From Octopus bimaculoides (Eukaryota), in assembly GCF_001194135.2 (NCBI RefSeq), contig NC_068999.1, forward strand, positions 10,819,581-10,855,835: DNA of 36,255 bases, read 5' to 3'. The notes under the pieces were generated by a model, which saw only the letters and a list, made by a program, of their open reading frames with translations, was not told where the DNA came from and did no database searches. Below are positions 11,718 through 23,270 of this stretch, one piece after another (position 1 is the first letter of the stretch; each line of letters starts with the position of its first letter). The position numbers and the translations under genes are program-made.

Positions 11718-11938
11718 AAGCCATGTTCTAACTGCATATGTTTAGCATGCAGGGAAAAATGCATAGCAGTATTTCGTCTGTCTTTACGTTCTGAGTTTAA
11801 ATACTGCCGAGGTCACTTTGCCTTCCATCCCTTCAGTGTAGATGAAATAAGAACCACTTCATTACAGGGGTGGATGAAATCGGCTAAGCCCCTCTGCAAA
11901 AATTGCGGGCCTTGTGCAAAACATTGAAAGCAATATTC
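11718..11938 (+). mobile_element. SINE family B
   Basis: gtatttcgtctgtctttacgttctgagtttaaatactgccgaggtcactttgccttccatcc...aaaattgcgggccttgtgcaaaacattgaaagcaatatt. Confidence 0.85.
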
Positions 11939-12684
11939 ATACAGCATATGTATAATACTGAGTACTTGGTTGTTATATTACATTTCTTCTCTTTGAGGCA
12001 GCAGCATCAGCTAACATGTACCTCATAGGAATTACTATCAAGCATCACATAGTTTTCTCCTATCATTAACATTTTGAGTTCAGTTAATCATGGATAATTC
12101 ATAAATGCTTTTTTTTTTGAAGACGCCTTATTCTTAGATTAAAAACAAACAAACAAACAAGCAATATCAGCCTTTAGGCTGAAACACGTAAATGAGTAAA
12201 AGAGAAAATAAGAATCCTAGTTTTCCCTGTAGAAATCTGTGTAGCTATTTAAGACTTATTGCTGTTTGTCAGTGCACTGAACTGCCTTCTGTATTTCGCA
12301 TTATTTACATATTCACAATCCTTGTCGAACTTTAGCGATTTATATGAGTTTATATAATAGCTTCTAGATAGTTTTTATGACCAAAATATTTTGATATCAT
12401 TCTCCAGGTGTTTATCGAATTCCTTCAAATACATCTGTTATTCATTATAGTCTACTTGGGATAGTCTTCAGATTTTCCCACTTTCCGATAACAAATGTAA
12501 TCTTAGCTTGCAGGTCATGTCATTCTGCTAGAAAGAAATAGCTTTTGTATTTGCTCTTTTTTCTTCTTATTTCTCTATATCAGCATTTTAAAGTTTAATA
12601 TACCTGATCACGAATGTCGACCATGTTTGATAAAATATATCCGTGGGATGTTTCTAAATACATACATACATACATGCATACATG

Positions 12685-12720
<36 letters not shown>

Positions 12721-13243
12721 TACACACACACACACATATATATATATACATATGTGTGTGTGTGTGTATATATANNNNNNNNNNNNNNNNNNNNNNNNNN
12801 NNNNNNNNNNNNNNNNNNNNNNNNTCTTCAAAGAATAAAGTAATCTAGTATTATTGTTCTTCTTCTGCATGTAATATCAGCTTTTATTTTTTTTTCCAGT
12901 TGTTCCTATTACTTTCTTTACCATATTCTTTTTTTTATATTGTCTACTGCAAAAAAATAGTGAATATAAATATATTTTCTTTCCTTTCTTTTACTTCCGA
13001 TTTCGAATTTTCCCCCATTTGTCCACTTACAAACCTATTAGTATTCAACTTAAGAGATATCAGATTATGGGACTTCATCTTCGCACAATTACTACGTAAT
13101 GGTGAATGAGTGAAAGAGGTTTTAAGTGTTAGATGGGGAGCAAAAATGCGAAGGTGTGTCTGATGTATTCCTTTGCTTAGTCAACAACTGAAATAAATCA
13201 CAACTGACGTTATCGTTTTATATCTTATTCTCTTGCTTTTCAC

Positions 13244-13246
<3 letters not shown>

Positions 13247-13292
<46 letters not shown>

Positions 13293-13320
13293 TTCATTAT
13301 TATTATTATTATTATTATTT
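13247..13320. repeat. (ATT)n microsatellite
   Basis: Direct reading. Confidence 0.95.
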
Positions 13321-13926
13321 TCCATAGCTTCCAGTAATGACACATTTTATAGAAGATTTACTGAGTGATATTTCTGTCAGAAGTTTGTAATTATTCAACA
13401 ACATAAAGAACATATACAAAAATTGATAAAGAAAATATGAATTAAATGGATACTGATGTATTGGAATATTGGAATATCCGAATATAAAACTATGATGTGA
13501 CAGGCATCACTTTCGCCCACCGCCATCCCACTCAATCACCACCATCACTAACCATCACCGTCCCCGAAAAATCCATTCCGTGGATTAGATATTGCAACCA
13601 CTATAAGAGCAGTTAATGTAGGTTCTTTGATTTTCAAGCTTTGAAGAGAAATCTGAAGTCTTATTTTAGGGCAACACTCGGCTAAAAATCTGTAAAAATG
13701 GTTAAAAAAAAAAACGCGAAATACATATTTTTTTTCTAAAGAGGAATTATTGAAGAACTCATATCGAAATCGTTGGTGCCGGTTACTATGAGACATTTTC
13801 TGTTGTATGTCTGTAATTTTCAATAACTAAATGAGGCTTTGCGAAATAATCTGTGTATTACAATAATTTACTATGCTGTTCGATATAGATCGGTGGAATT
13901 GTTCCTTCTTGAAAAAAAACAAATAT

Positions 13927-14090
13927 CACAATATTCTACGTTACAGAAGTGAGGCAGATTAACAGTAATGGTAGAGAAGTGGACCAAATACCTTCCGATA
14001 TTACGCTAACATAGTCTAGTTTCTGGGTTCAAATTCTATCGGTACTTGATTTCCGCATTTATCTATCGGAAAATTCATATCAAAGTAACC
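13927..14090 (+). mobile_element. Highly degenerate SINE family B
   Basis: gaggcagattaacagtaatggtagagaagtggaccaaatacc...ttctgggttcaaattct resembles the family B head. Confidence 0.4.
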
Positions 14091-14123
14091 TACATTTTTG
14101 CTACACTCTATGTATATAACGGT

Positions 14124-14462
14124 GAAGGAGCATGGCTCAGTGGTTAGCGCGTCGAGCTTACGATCGTAAGGTTGTGAGTTCGAATCCCGGACCGGGCTGC
14201 GTGTTGTGTTCTTGAGCAAGACACTTTATTTCACGTTGCTCCAGTTCGCTCAGCTGTAGAAATGAGTTGCGACGTCGCAGGTGCCTTTATCGGCTGTATC
14301 AGCCTTTGCCTTATCCTTGGATAACACTGGTGGCGTGAAGAGGGGAGGCCGGTATGCATGGGCGACTGCTGGTCTTCCATAAACAACCTTGCCCGGACTT
14401 CTGTTTGGAAGGGTAACTTTCTAGGTGCAATTTCATGGTCAGTCATGACCGAAGGGGGTCTC
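14124..14462 (+). mobile_element. SINE family C, full length and well preserved
   Basis: A box TGGCTCAGTGG, B box GTTCGAATCCC, central domain gtgttgtgttcttgagcaagacactttatttcacgttgctccagttcgctcagctgtagaaatgagt, ~200 bp tail ending gaagggggtctc. Confidence 0.9.
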
Positions 14463-14544
14463 AGCATGAATATAACGAATTAAGGACGAATTATGGTTAC
14501 ATAACGAAACATCGTGTGCCTAGAAGTCTTTAATATTTACACAG

Positions 14545-14925
14545 CTTTGTTCACAAAAATGTTTCAAAATGCATTCTCGGATCCTATATAGGAAGTTCAG
14601 TCTTGCACAAGATTTAGCGGACGAAAATGTTTCTTTAGTATGCGCATGTGAAATTAGTCTTCGTCTTATATGCACGTGCGTCTTTTATACTATCGAATAG
14701 AAGAGAAATAGACTACAAAGCAGCGAGTTTGTAGCGTGTGCAAGTAAGACATGAGGTCAGACGTGCGCTCAGACTAGACATGAGAGCGTGAAAAATTAAT
14801 GCCTGTTTGAAGAAAATCATTTAGGGGAAAGATGTAGAACTTTTGATGAAATTTCTTGTAGACGTTCGAAGTTTAGTATCAGAGATAAATTGGCACCGAT
14901 GGAATAGACTTCATAGACCAGTGCT

Positions 14926-14957
<32 letters not shown>

Positions 14958-14962
14958 CACAC
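14545..14962. repeat. Duplicated non-coding module, copy A (CArG box 14583-14592)
   Basis: Collinear with 17382-17804; about 80% identity by eye over the best 64 nt block. Confidence 0.85.
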
Positions 14963-15112
14963 AACTATGTTTGCTTGAGCAGTATTTTCTATGTGTCAGT
15001 ACAACCTATACAGATGTTATCCCAAAGAAAATACGCAAGTGTTTTCAATGACCACAAGAAATTTTTCGTCGCAGTAGTGACTTGAATATATTCTCTATTC
15101 CATATTTGTATA

Positions 15113-16535
15113 TAACTGGGTTGCCAGATAAATTCGTTCCCTTGTGATACAATTTGAAACAAAAGAGGAAAATAAGTAGTGTTTATGATCTTCTGTGTCT
15201 GTAACTATTCTTTGTCTAAATGTTTTGTTTATCGTTTTTGAAACTTAAATCAATTTTACCTCTTTACAGACTTAAAGCGATACAGAGTCGAATAAATAAA
15301 ATGGGTATTTCTAACACATACTTTTGATCAATTTTCCAAAGTTACCAATTCTGCTTGAGGTATTTGTGTTGCGTAAGGAAGGGGCTGCTCCTGACAGAAC
15401 TCAACAGAAATAAATTTAAACGCTTCAAAGACGTAGACCTCACGGACTCTCCCACTGTTCTGTTCAGTTCCGCGAGGATCAACTGAATGAGATCATCCGC
15501 AAAGATCCCTGCCAGTTCCTTGGAAAATTAACCCAGGAGATGGGAGGCTCTTACGACAGAGTCTCACATCATATTTATTTCATGGGTGTGATCCGAAATC
15601 TCGAGGAATGAACTGCACACGCTCTAAACGATAGAGAAAAACTCCAGTGTTCTGCTAATGCCACCAGTTTGTTCACTTCACACAAGGTTGTTCGCGGGCA
15701 CAAAATATTTCGTTACCGACTACGAGAAATGTTGCCTTTACGTCATTATGGAACAGAGGAAAGAATGGCTCGGTTCCGACATGTTTGGTGGGATTGGCAA
15801 GAGCTAATATACTATGAAATGCTTGAAAACAACTATTTGTCGAATGCAGACCTTTACGTTCAATGTTGAAACATCCCATCGAGACAATCTAGTTGAAGCG
15901 ATTCAAACGGCGTCACAGCTTGTGTGTTCGACACGGTGATGCTCGATTACACATCGCAAATTAGACCCCAAAATTATTCACCAGCTTGAATGGGAGGTTC
16001 TACTGCAGGCCACTGTATTCTTCTGATATAGCCTCTACTTATCATCTCCAACAAGTTGCAAGGCACTTCTGTCAACAACAACGTTCAGTTGAAAACTTGG
16101 TTCGATGAATGCTTCGAGACAAGAATTGACGATTTCCACCTGAAGGTAAAAAATAAGGTAGAATATATTATTGACTTGTTTTTTTAAAGTTCTTGATGAA
16201 AACTAAGGTTTATACAAGTAAAGTGAAAAAGTAATGTTCATTCACGAGTCATATTGACTCATAAAGGCCGGACTCCCTGTTTCCATGGCGTATATATTTC
16301 CTGACTGGACGGGACACCTCTCCGTCGCAGTGTTACTCATTTTTTCGAGTTCAGTGGGCTGGAACACTGTTAAATGAAGTGTCTTGTTCAAGAACACAAC
16401 CCTTCAACTAGTCCAGGAATCGAAACCACAATCTTTAGATCATGAGTCCAACACCCTGATGAATAAGACGCGCGCCTACACAGGATTAAAGTCAACGGTA
16501 AAAAAGAACGAATGAATTTATCTCACAGTCTATTA
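15113..16535 (+). mobile_element. mariner (Tc1/mariner) relic with both TIRs; transposase pseudogene ~15300-16175
   Basis: Fragments: EDQLNEIIRKDP, AHALND, IVTDYEK (IVTGDEKW), KQRKEWL, VWWDWQELIYYEMLE..NADLYVQ, HGDAR.HIAN, LEWEVL, YSSDIA..YHL, LKTWFDECFE, EYIID. 5' TIR ta-actgggttgccagataaattcgttcc (15113-15140) is complementary to gaatgaatttatctcacagtctatta (~16510-16535). Confidence 0.85.
16246..16480 (-). mobile_element. SINE family C inserted in the mariner 3' UTR
   Basis: Reverse complement carries B box GTTTCGATTCC (ggaatcgaaac 16416-16426) and the central domain shared with 14124-14260; lies between the transposase end and the 3' TIR. Confidence 0.85.
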
Positions 16536-16984
16536 GGCCATAGCAATGATAATTCAGTATTTGAATTGGTTGATATACATATGTACGGTTTACTTTTCAA
16601 TAACATGGCGAATGTAAGTGAGACAGCTCTGTGTGTCACTTGCACACATGTACTTATTCTGCTATGTAAATATATTAATTAAAAATATATTTGATGCGCA
16701 ATATAATTTTATTTTCAAATTCTTCTAATTAATTTCATGTTAATCCTCTTTGGATACATCTCATTCATTAGTATTGTCATTTTAATTTCCATCGAAAATT
16801 AGTAATATCTCATGCTTCTGTATTTTCTTTTCCTTTTTCTTTCGTATATATGGTTCGTTCTAATTAAACAATGACATTTACCGAGAAACAATCTTTCGTA
16901 CGAAATCATGAATTTTATGAGTGTCGACAATATGCATACACTCGTTGCGCAAACATAGTGGACAGGCCCAAAGCCATTCCCAAA

Positions 16985-16988
16985 CACA

Positions 16989-17065
<77 letters not shown>

Positions 17066-17114
17066 AACCACACACACACAACTACAGCGAAATATACAAA
17101 CACTCATCACTCTT

Positions 17115-17150
<36 letters not shown>
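16985..17150. repeat. (CA)n and (CT)n microsatellites
   Basis: Direct reading. Confidence 0.95.
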
Positions 17151-17152
<2 letters not shown>

Positions 17153-17184
17153 CCACTTTCTTCCTGTCCGTCTCTCTCATTCTA

Positions 17185-17260
17185 TGTTATGGGGACGTAA
17201 AGACCCCAAAACCGGCCGTCAAGTGGATGGGATGGGGGACATACAGAGACCCCAAAGACA
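17185..17260 (-). mobile_element. SINE family A internal fragment
   Basis: gttatggggacgtaaag...ccgtcaag...ggggaca is the reverse complement of ccccaacatcgcttgacaaccg...tttacgtccccgtaac (3648-3697). Confidence 0.6.
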
Positions 17261-17381
17261 AGAATTAATAAAATAGAAACGACATCTTCAAATTCTTTGT
17301 GAATGACTCGAAACCAAATGATTTACTGTCCAGTACTGGTCTGCAGCTCGTAAGGTAGGTACCTTTGGAATATAAGAAGTA

Positions 17382-17804
17382 TTTTTGTTCAAACAAATGT
17401 ATCAAAATGTTATCTCAGGCCCAATATAGGAATTTTAGCCTTTCACAAGTTTTAACGCTCTAATAAGATATTATCCTTCAGTATGCGCATCTCAAATTGG
17501 TTTGTGTCTGATATGCCCGTGCGTCTGTTATATTATTAAATTCGTGAAGTTGAGTCGATGGCAGCACCTTCACATTGTGNNNNNNNNNNTGAAGTTGAGT
17601 CGATGGCAGCACCTTCACATTGTGTATAAATGGTGTATAGGAGGGATGGAAGGGCGCAGAAACCAGACATTGCAACGAGACAAACAACACAATAACACAT
17701 TTTGGAGAAAGTTGTGCAACTTTTGATGGATGCTCGAGGTTTATTCTTAGAGATAAATTGGAACCAATAGAAGAGACCAGTGCGCACGCACACACATACA
17801 CACA
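17382..17804. repeat. Duplicated non-coding module, copy B (CArG box 17421-17430)
   Basis: Collinear with 14545-14962; contains a 35 nt duplication around the 10-N gap. Confidence 0.85.
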
Positions 17805-17883
17805 TATATATATATATCACCACGTAGTACATAATGAAAGGAAATAAAATCAAGGAAATGAAAGCAAATAAAGAGAGACAAAG

Positions 17884-17955
17884 ATATATAGGCATATAGA
17901 CAATATATATAGGCATATATAGGCATATATAGGCATATATAGGCATATAGACAAT
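17884..17955. repeat. 10-bp minisatellite (ATATATAGGC)n
   Basis: Four to five tandem units bracketed by ggcatatagacaat at both ends. Confidence 0.9.
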
Positions 17956-18893
17956 GGAAAGTTCAGTCAGAAACGAAATCATGTTTTAAAAGGATTAATA
18001 AAGCTAGCGATTCAAAATGAGATTTAACCGAAAATTTCAGGAACACATACTACGCGCCTACAAAGAAACGCTTAAACACACAAGTTCGTTAGACACCATT
18101 GCAAGCACGCAATCAGTTACGCACACGCACACGCACAAACGCACAAACGCACATACACATATATACATAAATATATCAACAAAATATATACATGCATCTG
18201 AATGTAGAAAAGGTATTATTTGTGAAATAATTATACATGTACACGCACACACATGCATATATATATATATATATATATANNNNNNNNNNNNNNNNNNNNN
18301 NNNNNNNNNNNNNNNNNNNNNNNNNNNNNNNNNNNNNNNNNNNNNNNNNNNNNNNNNNNNNNNNNNNNNNNNNNNNNNNNNNNNNNNNNNNNNNNNNNNN
18401 NNNNNNNNNNNNNNNNNNNNNNNNNNNNNNNNNNNNNNNNNNNNNNNNNNNNNNNNNNNNNNNNNNNNNNNNNNNNNNNNNNNNNNNNNNNNNNNNNNNN
18501 NNNNNNNNNNNNNNNNNNNNNNNNNNNNNNNNNNNNNNNNNNNNNNNNNNNNNNNNNNNNNNNNNNNNNNNNNNNNNNNNNNNNNNNNNNNNNNNNNNNN
18601 NNNNNNNNNNNNNNNNNNNNNNNNNNNNNNNNNNNNNNNNNNNNNNNNNNNNNNNNNNNNNNNNNNNNNNNNNNNNNNNNNNNNNNNNNNNNNNNNNNNN
18701 NNNNNNNNNNNNNNNNNNNNNNNNNNNNNNNNNNNNNNNNNNNNNNNNNNNNNNNNNNNNNNNNNNNNNNNNNNNNNNNNNNNNNNNNNNNNNNNNNNNN
18801 NNNNNNNNNNNNNNNNNNNNNNNNNNNNNNNNNNNNNNNNNNNNNNNNNNNNNNNNNNNNNNNNNNNNNNNNNNNNNNNNNNNNNNNNNNNNN

Positions 18894-18928
<35 letters not shown>

Positions 18929-18933
18929 TACAT

Positions 18934-18967
<34 letters not shown>

Positions 18968-19519
18968 GTGTGTGTATGCATGCATGTATGTATATACATA
19001 TGAATTTGTGTGTACGCGTTTGTATCTCTGCTAGTTTTTATGTGTACTCGCAAGTGCGTTTATCTTTAATTATGTATTTGTTATTTGCTTGTTTTACTTT
19101 CTACCTTTTTTATGTTTGTACCTTATGTTTTCTTTTTTCGTGAAATTTGTTTTGTTTCCTTTTATATTTTTACTGTTGGACTTTTTTCACAACTTTCTTA
19201 TTTCTCTTTGTTGTTGTTTTTTGTGGTGTTGGAGGTTATGTTGCGGTTTACGTTTGTTTTCCTTCTAACCTGACCTTGAAGATTTCAACATATTTGCAAT
19301 GATTTTCGCTTTCAGATCTCAATTGACTGTAGTATATTCGCTATCCACGAGATCTTGTTGACTATCAACATAGGTATATGCATAGACATCATAACGCGCG
19401 CACACACATTCGAGCGCACGCACACAGGCATAAGAGCCCATACGCACAGACATATATATATATGCATTTATAGGCATATATTTGTAAATTATCTATTTAA
19501 CTACCAATATTTTTATGTG

Positions 19520-19552
<33 letters not shown>

Positions 19553-19578
19553 GTATTTATGTATATATATACATGTAG

Positions 19579-19616
<38 letters not shown>

Positions 19617-19819
19617 ACATGCATATATATTTTGGGGAGTGGGAATCAGTTTTTAAACTTTACTTAATCAACATCGATATGCTGAGAGATTAAACTTACC
19701 TCGGCTAACTCACTGCATTTTTATGTTTTCAAATTAGGCTCAAAGACGGCAATTTTGGGGCGATGGAAAATTGGAGACACAACTGAACCAAATACTCGTA
19801 TAAAATTTGATTTTATCGA

Positions 19820-19935
19820 AAGCGGCGTCTTTAACTCTATTTACGACTTTGCATTTTATCATTTCGTGTACGACGAAGTAAATACCTTCTCATCCCTAAT
19901 TGCACTCTCTCCCCAAATTGCAGACCTTGTGTCAG
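19820..19935 (+). mobile_element. Highly degenerate SINE family B
   Basis: gactttgcattttatcatttcgtgtacgacgaagtaaatacc and ccccaaattgcagaccttgtgtc align with the family B body and tail. Confidence 0.5.
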
Positions 19936-20908
19936 AGGATGATACGAATATTTCATTTTATCGAAACTGGAGCAATGAAAATTTAAACTGACCTGCGCGT
20001 GATTGGAGCTTAGACATTACAGAAATGGAATCAATGCCACAAAAATTTTCCTCGGCGATAAAACGTTTATGCCAATCCATCAATAGTTCGATAAAGTTAA
20101 TTGATATATCTAATCAAACTGAGTATTGCGACCAGTAGCTATGGATGATATTAACAACGGGATGGTTTTAGACAATAAGCGAAACGAAAAGCAAGAGATG
20201 TATGAAGATAGAAACAACACCATTTATATTGTGATTCAACTTCTTAAAACAAGCAGCGAAATATCTCTCAAATCATTCAATACCGTTATATTTCTTTCTT
20301 CATATATTTTTTTATAGTATACAGAGTAACCCAAATGAAATAGGCAGTAGTGGATGGCAGATTTGTTTCAGAAAATCAGACTGAATAGTCAAGGTCGGAA
20401 TATTATTTTACTCAAAACTCGAACAGGGTTGACCTGGAATTAAACAATAGCCAAAAAATGACAACAGCTAGAGAGACGACAAGCGTAGATTTGCATAGAA
20501 GATCAACAACAAAATTTAGAGCAGTAAGAAGGAAATGAGAAGGAACGAAGAAGAAAAAAATTAACATCAACAAGTATATTTTAGTAATAACAGAGGTGAA
20601 GAGCAGAACTGTAAGTGGGAAGGGCTGTTAATAAAAGGGTTAGCTGAGAAAATATACTGCTTCAACGAGATAGCAAGTCATGTGATTCTGTAGCCTGCCC
20701 TTTTTCTTGTCATATGACCTCCACACTTTTCTTTTTGCTGATTTTTATCATTTCTTTTTTCATTTTATAATTTTGTTTTCACTCTTGAAAATTAATAGTT
20801 TTCAGAGAAACAATAAATATCGGTTATACGACGTATGCTGGTGCACTTTTAAGTAAAGGAGTAGTCTTTGGTGTTTGTATATGTGAGTTGCTTTATGGTG
20901 ATGATGAC

Positions 20909-20944
<36 letters not shown>

Positions 20945-20948
<4 letters not shown>

Positions 20949-21157
20949 GGTTTCAAAATCTAGTACAAGACTAACTGTTTTGGGGATGGGTTAAGTCGAT
21001 CGCATCAACCCCGTTGCTCAACTGGTACTTCATTTATCGACCTCTAAAATATGAAAGGCAAAGTCGACCACGGCGGAATTTGATCTCAGAACATAAAGAC
21101 GGAGGAGATGCTGATAATTTGTCTTGTGTGCTTGACAATTCTGCCAGCTGCCTGCCT
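20945..21157 (-). mobile_element. SINE family B, full length, with (AAT)n tail at 20913-20945
   Basis: aagtcgatcgcatcaaccccgttgctcaactggtacttcatttatcgac...aaggcaaagtcgaccacggcggaatttgatctcagaacataaagacgga...attctgccagctgcctgcct. Confidence 0.9.
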
Positions 21158-21818
21158 AAATATACCTTCTGGAGGAGTTACCACAATCATATGAAATATT
21201 ACGAAAAATGAAGTAGAGTGACAAGTTTATTTTTTGAACCTGTGGAAGGCGCGCTAGATTCCGAAATATCGTTCGCTTGATGACAATGACACTCTTCTTT
21301 TTTTTTATTCTGTATTCCTTCTGGAGGAGTTACCTCAATCCTATAAAATATTACTACTACTACTAATTAGTATATGTATGTGTGCGTGTATGAAAAGTTT
21401 GTAGTTCAAACAGAATATACTGAAAAAAAAAATATAAGTATATACACAATTTATATTATGCTTTCTCAGCAGAAGTTACAACCTGACTCAAGAAAAGGAA
21501 ACTTTCAAGCATCGAACATTTATAAGCATTGGGTCGGGCACGAAACGCTTCATGAATGTGTGTGTTCCTTTATAATTGTACTCGGAATAAGCTTGCCTGT
21601 GTTCAGATGCAAAAGTGAATGAGTGTTGTCAGAAAGAGCCAAAGATTTACATACAAACATTCAGATATTAATTATATCTTCATTCCCGTAATTATTGCAT
21701 TCGTACTATAATTAGGTGACAGAAAGTATTACATGTGCTTAAATCAACTGAGATGTATATAAGTAAATGGAATAAACATATAGCAAATAAACATTACCTG
21801 TACTTTACTTTAAGCCAC

Positions 21819-21870
<52 letters not shown>

Positions 21871-23111
21871 AATTGCTAAATGCACTTTATATTTGTAACC
21901 ATAATTGTTAATATGACATGGTATGTTATAAACATCTGTATATTGTGGTTTTTATCATTTTAGGTATAAAATAAACAAATTAATAAACGGAATACATTGT
22001 CTGCAAGTCGATGGATACCGCATATTCTCCTCCATTTTCTTATTGCTATATATATACATGAATAAGATTTTGCATTAGCAGAAAATTTTGATTTCTACGT
22101 ATGTTTTATTTGCATTCGTAATGTGAGATAAAGGCAGTATATTTTGTGATGTATGTATCAAATATTTGCGAGCTCAGTAATTTGATGAGAGTGATTTCAA
22201 AAACACGCAAGTAGCTGCATAAATTTGGGTAGGGCACTGTCGATCATGTGCAGCTAAGTACATAGTTGGTAACTGTCCTTTTCTTACCGAAACCCTGGAA
22301 AACTAGTCTCTAGAAAAATCTCTATAAAGAAGTACTCCATGTCTGAAATCTACGAAACTTTAAACAATTGCACAATTGATCATAACCATAATTTCTCGTG
22401 TAGGTGGAAGTTTATAGATTTACGGAAGTGGACAGTTGGATAAATCTAATTTTTTTGGCAATTCCTTGAATGACAACTGATAAAAGACAAAAATCAACAC
22501 AGCCGGGAATCGTTCGCCGAACTAAAGGACAAAAAGCTAAATATTATATATATATATATNNNNNNNNNNNNNNNNNNNNNNNNNNNNNNNNNNNNNNNNN
22601 NNNNNNNNNNNNNNNNNNNNNNNNNNNNNNNNNNNNNNNNNNNNNNNNNNNNNNNNNNNNNNNNNNNNNNTTTATAATAATGATTACAAAATGTAAATCT
22701 CAAGTCACGTATACGAAGAAAAACAATTACTGTTGTAGTGTTAATTATAAGGCAGAACCGCTTCCTTGTCAAGCTGAATAACAAATTAACGTGGCATTTA
22801 CACTTTATTTTAATTATTCTGCGGAAACCAATTTTAATCATACAAATATGTGCACTAAAAAAAAAAAATGTGTCTATCTCAAAAATATTCTTTCATATTC
22901 TGTACAAATTTCGCAGATACTATTCGAGATAATGTAAACGATAATTAGGTGACGAATTTGTAGTTTGTATACTGTCACCTTCGTTTTGCCTATCTATTTG
23001 ATATTCATTTTGGATTCAACTCAGCGAAATAGTAAAATATTGGTTAGTTGCATTTATTCGACTCAAGAAGCTTCAGTTCTAATTTTATTAAACGACGTTC
23101 CTTTCGTTGCT

Positions 23112-23270
23112 TGGCAGCAAGCAAGCGGAAACATTACCACATGCAGTAGAACGCTTAGCGTTATTTTGTCCGTTTTTACGTTCTGAGTTCAAATTACGTT
23201 GAGATCGAATTTACTCTTTATACGTTCGAAGTTGATAAAATAAGTACCTGTTGAGCAAAGCGGCCGATGT
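23112..23270 (+). mobile_element. SINE family B
   Basis: gcttagcgttattttgtccgtttttacgttctgagttcaaattacgttgagatcga...gttgataaaataagtacctgttgagca. Confidence 0.8.

Noticed and set aside
12200-12540. Minus-strand coding-like text (YLKEFDKHLENDIK...KYRRQFSAL)
   Set aside because: Possibly a LINE relic, but interrupted by stops and no motif I can assign with confidence.
14124-14200. tRNA-like sequences with A and B boxes (also 9300-9374 and 16400-16480)
   Set aside because: They continue into SINE bodies and lack a proper cloverleaf; SINE heads, not tRNA genes.
17277-17354. Plus-strand exon candidate NDIFKFFVNDSKPNDLLSSTGLQLV ending AG|GTAGGT
   Set aside because: Weak acceptor (no pyrimidine tract), no recognisable homology; expected by chance.
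17545-17624. Exact 35-nt tandem duplication flanking a 10-N gap
   Set aside because: Assembly artefact (negative gap), not a CRISPR-like or biological repeat.
19755-20139. 78-aa ORF with a further open stretch after one TGA (readthrough or selenocysteine idea)
   Set aside because: Overlaps a degenerate SINE-B at 19820-19935; no homology and no SECIS evidence.
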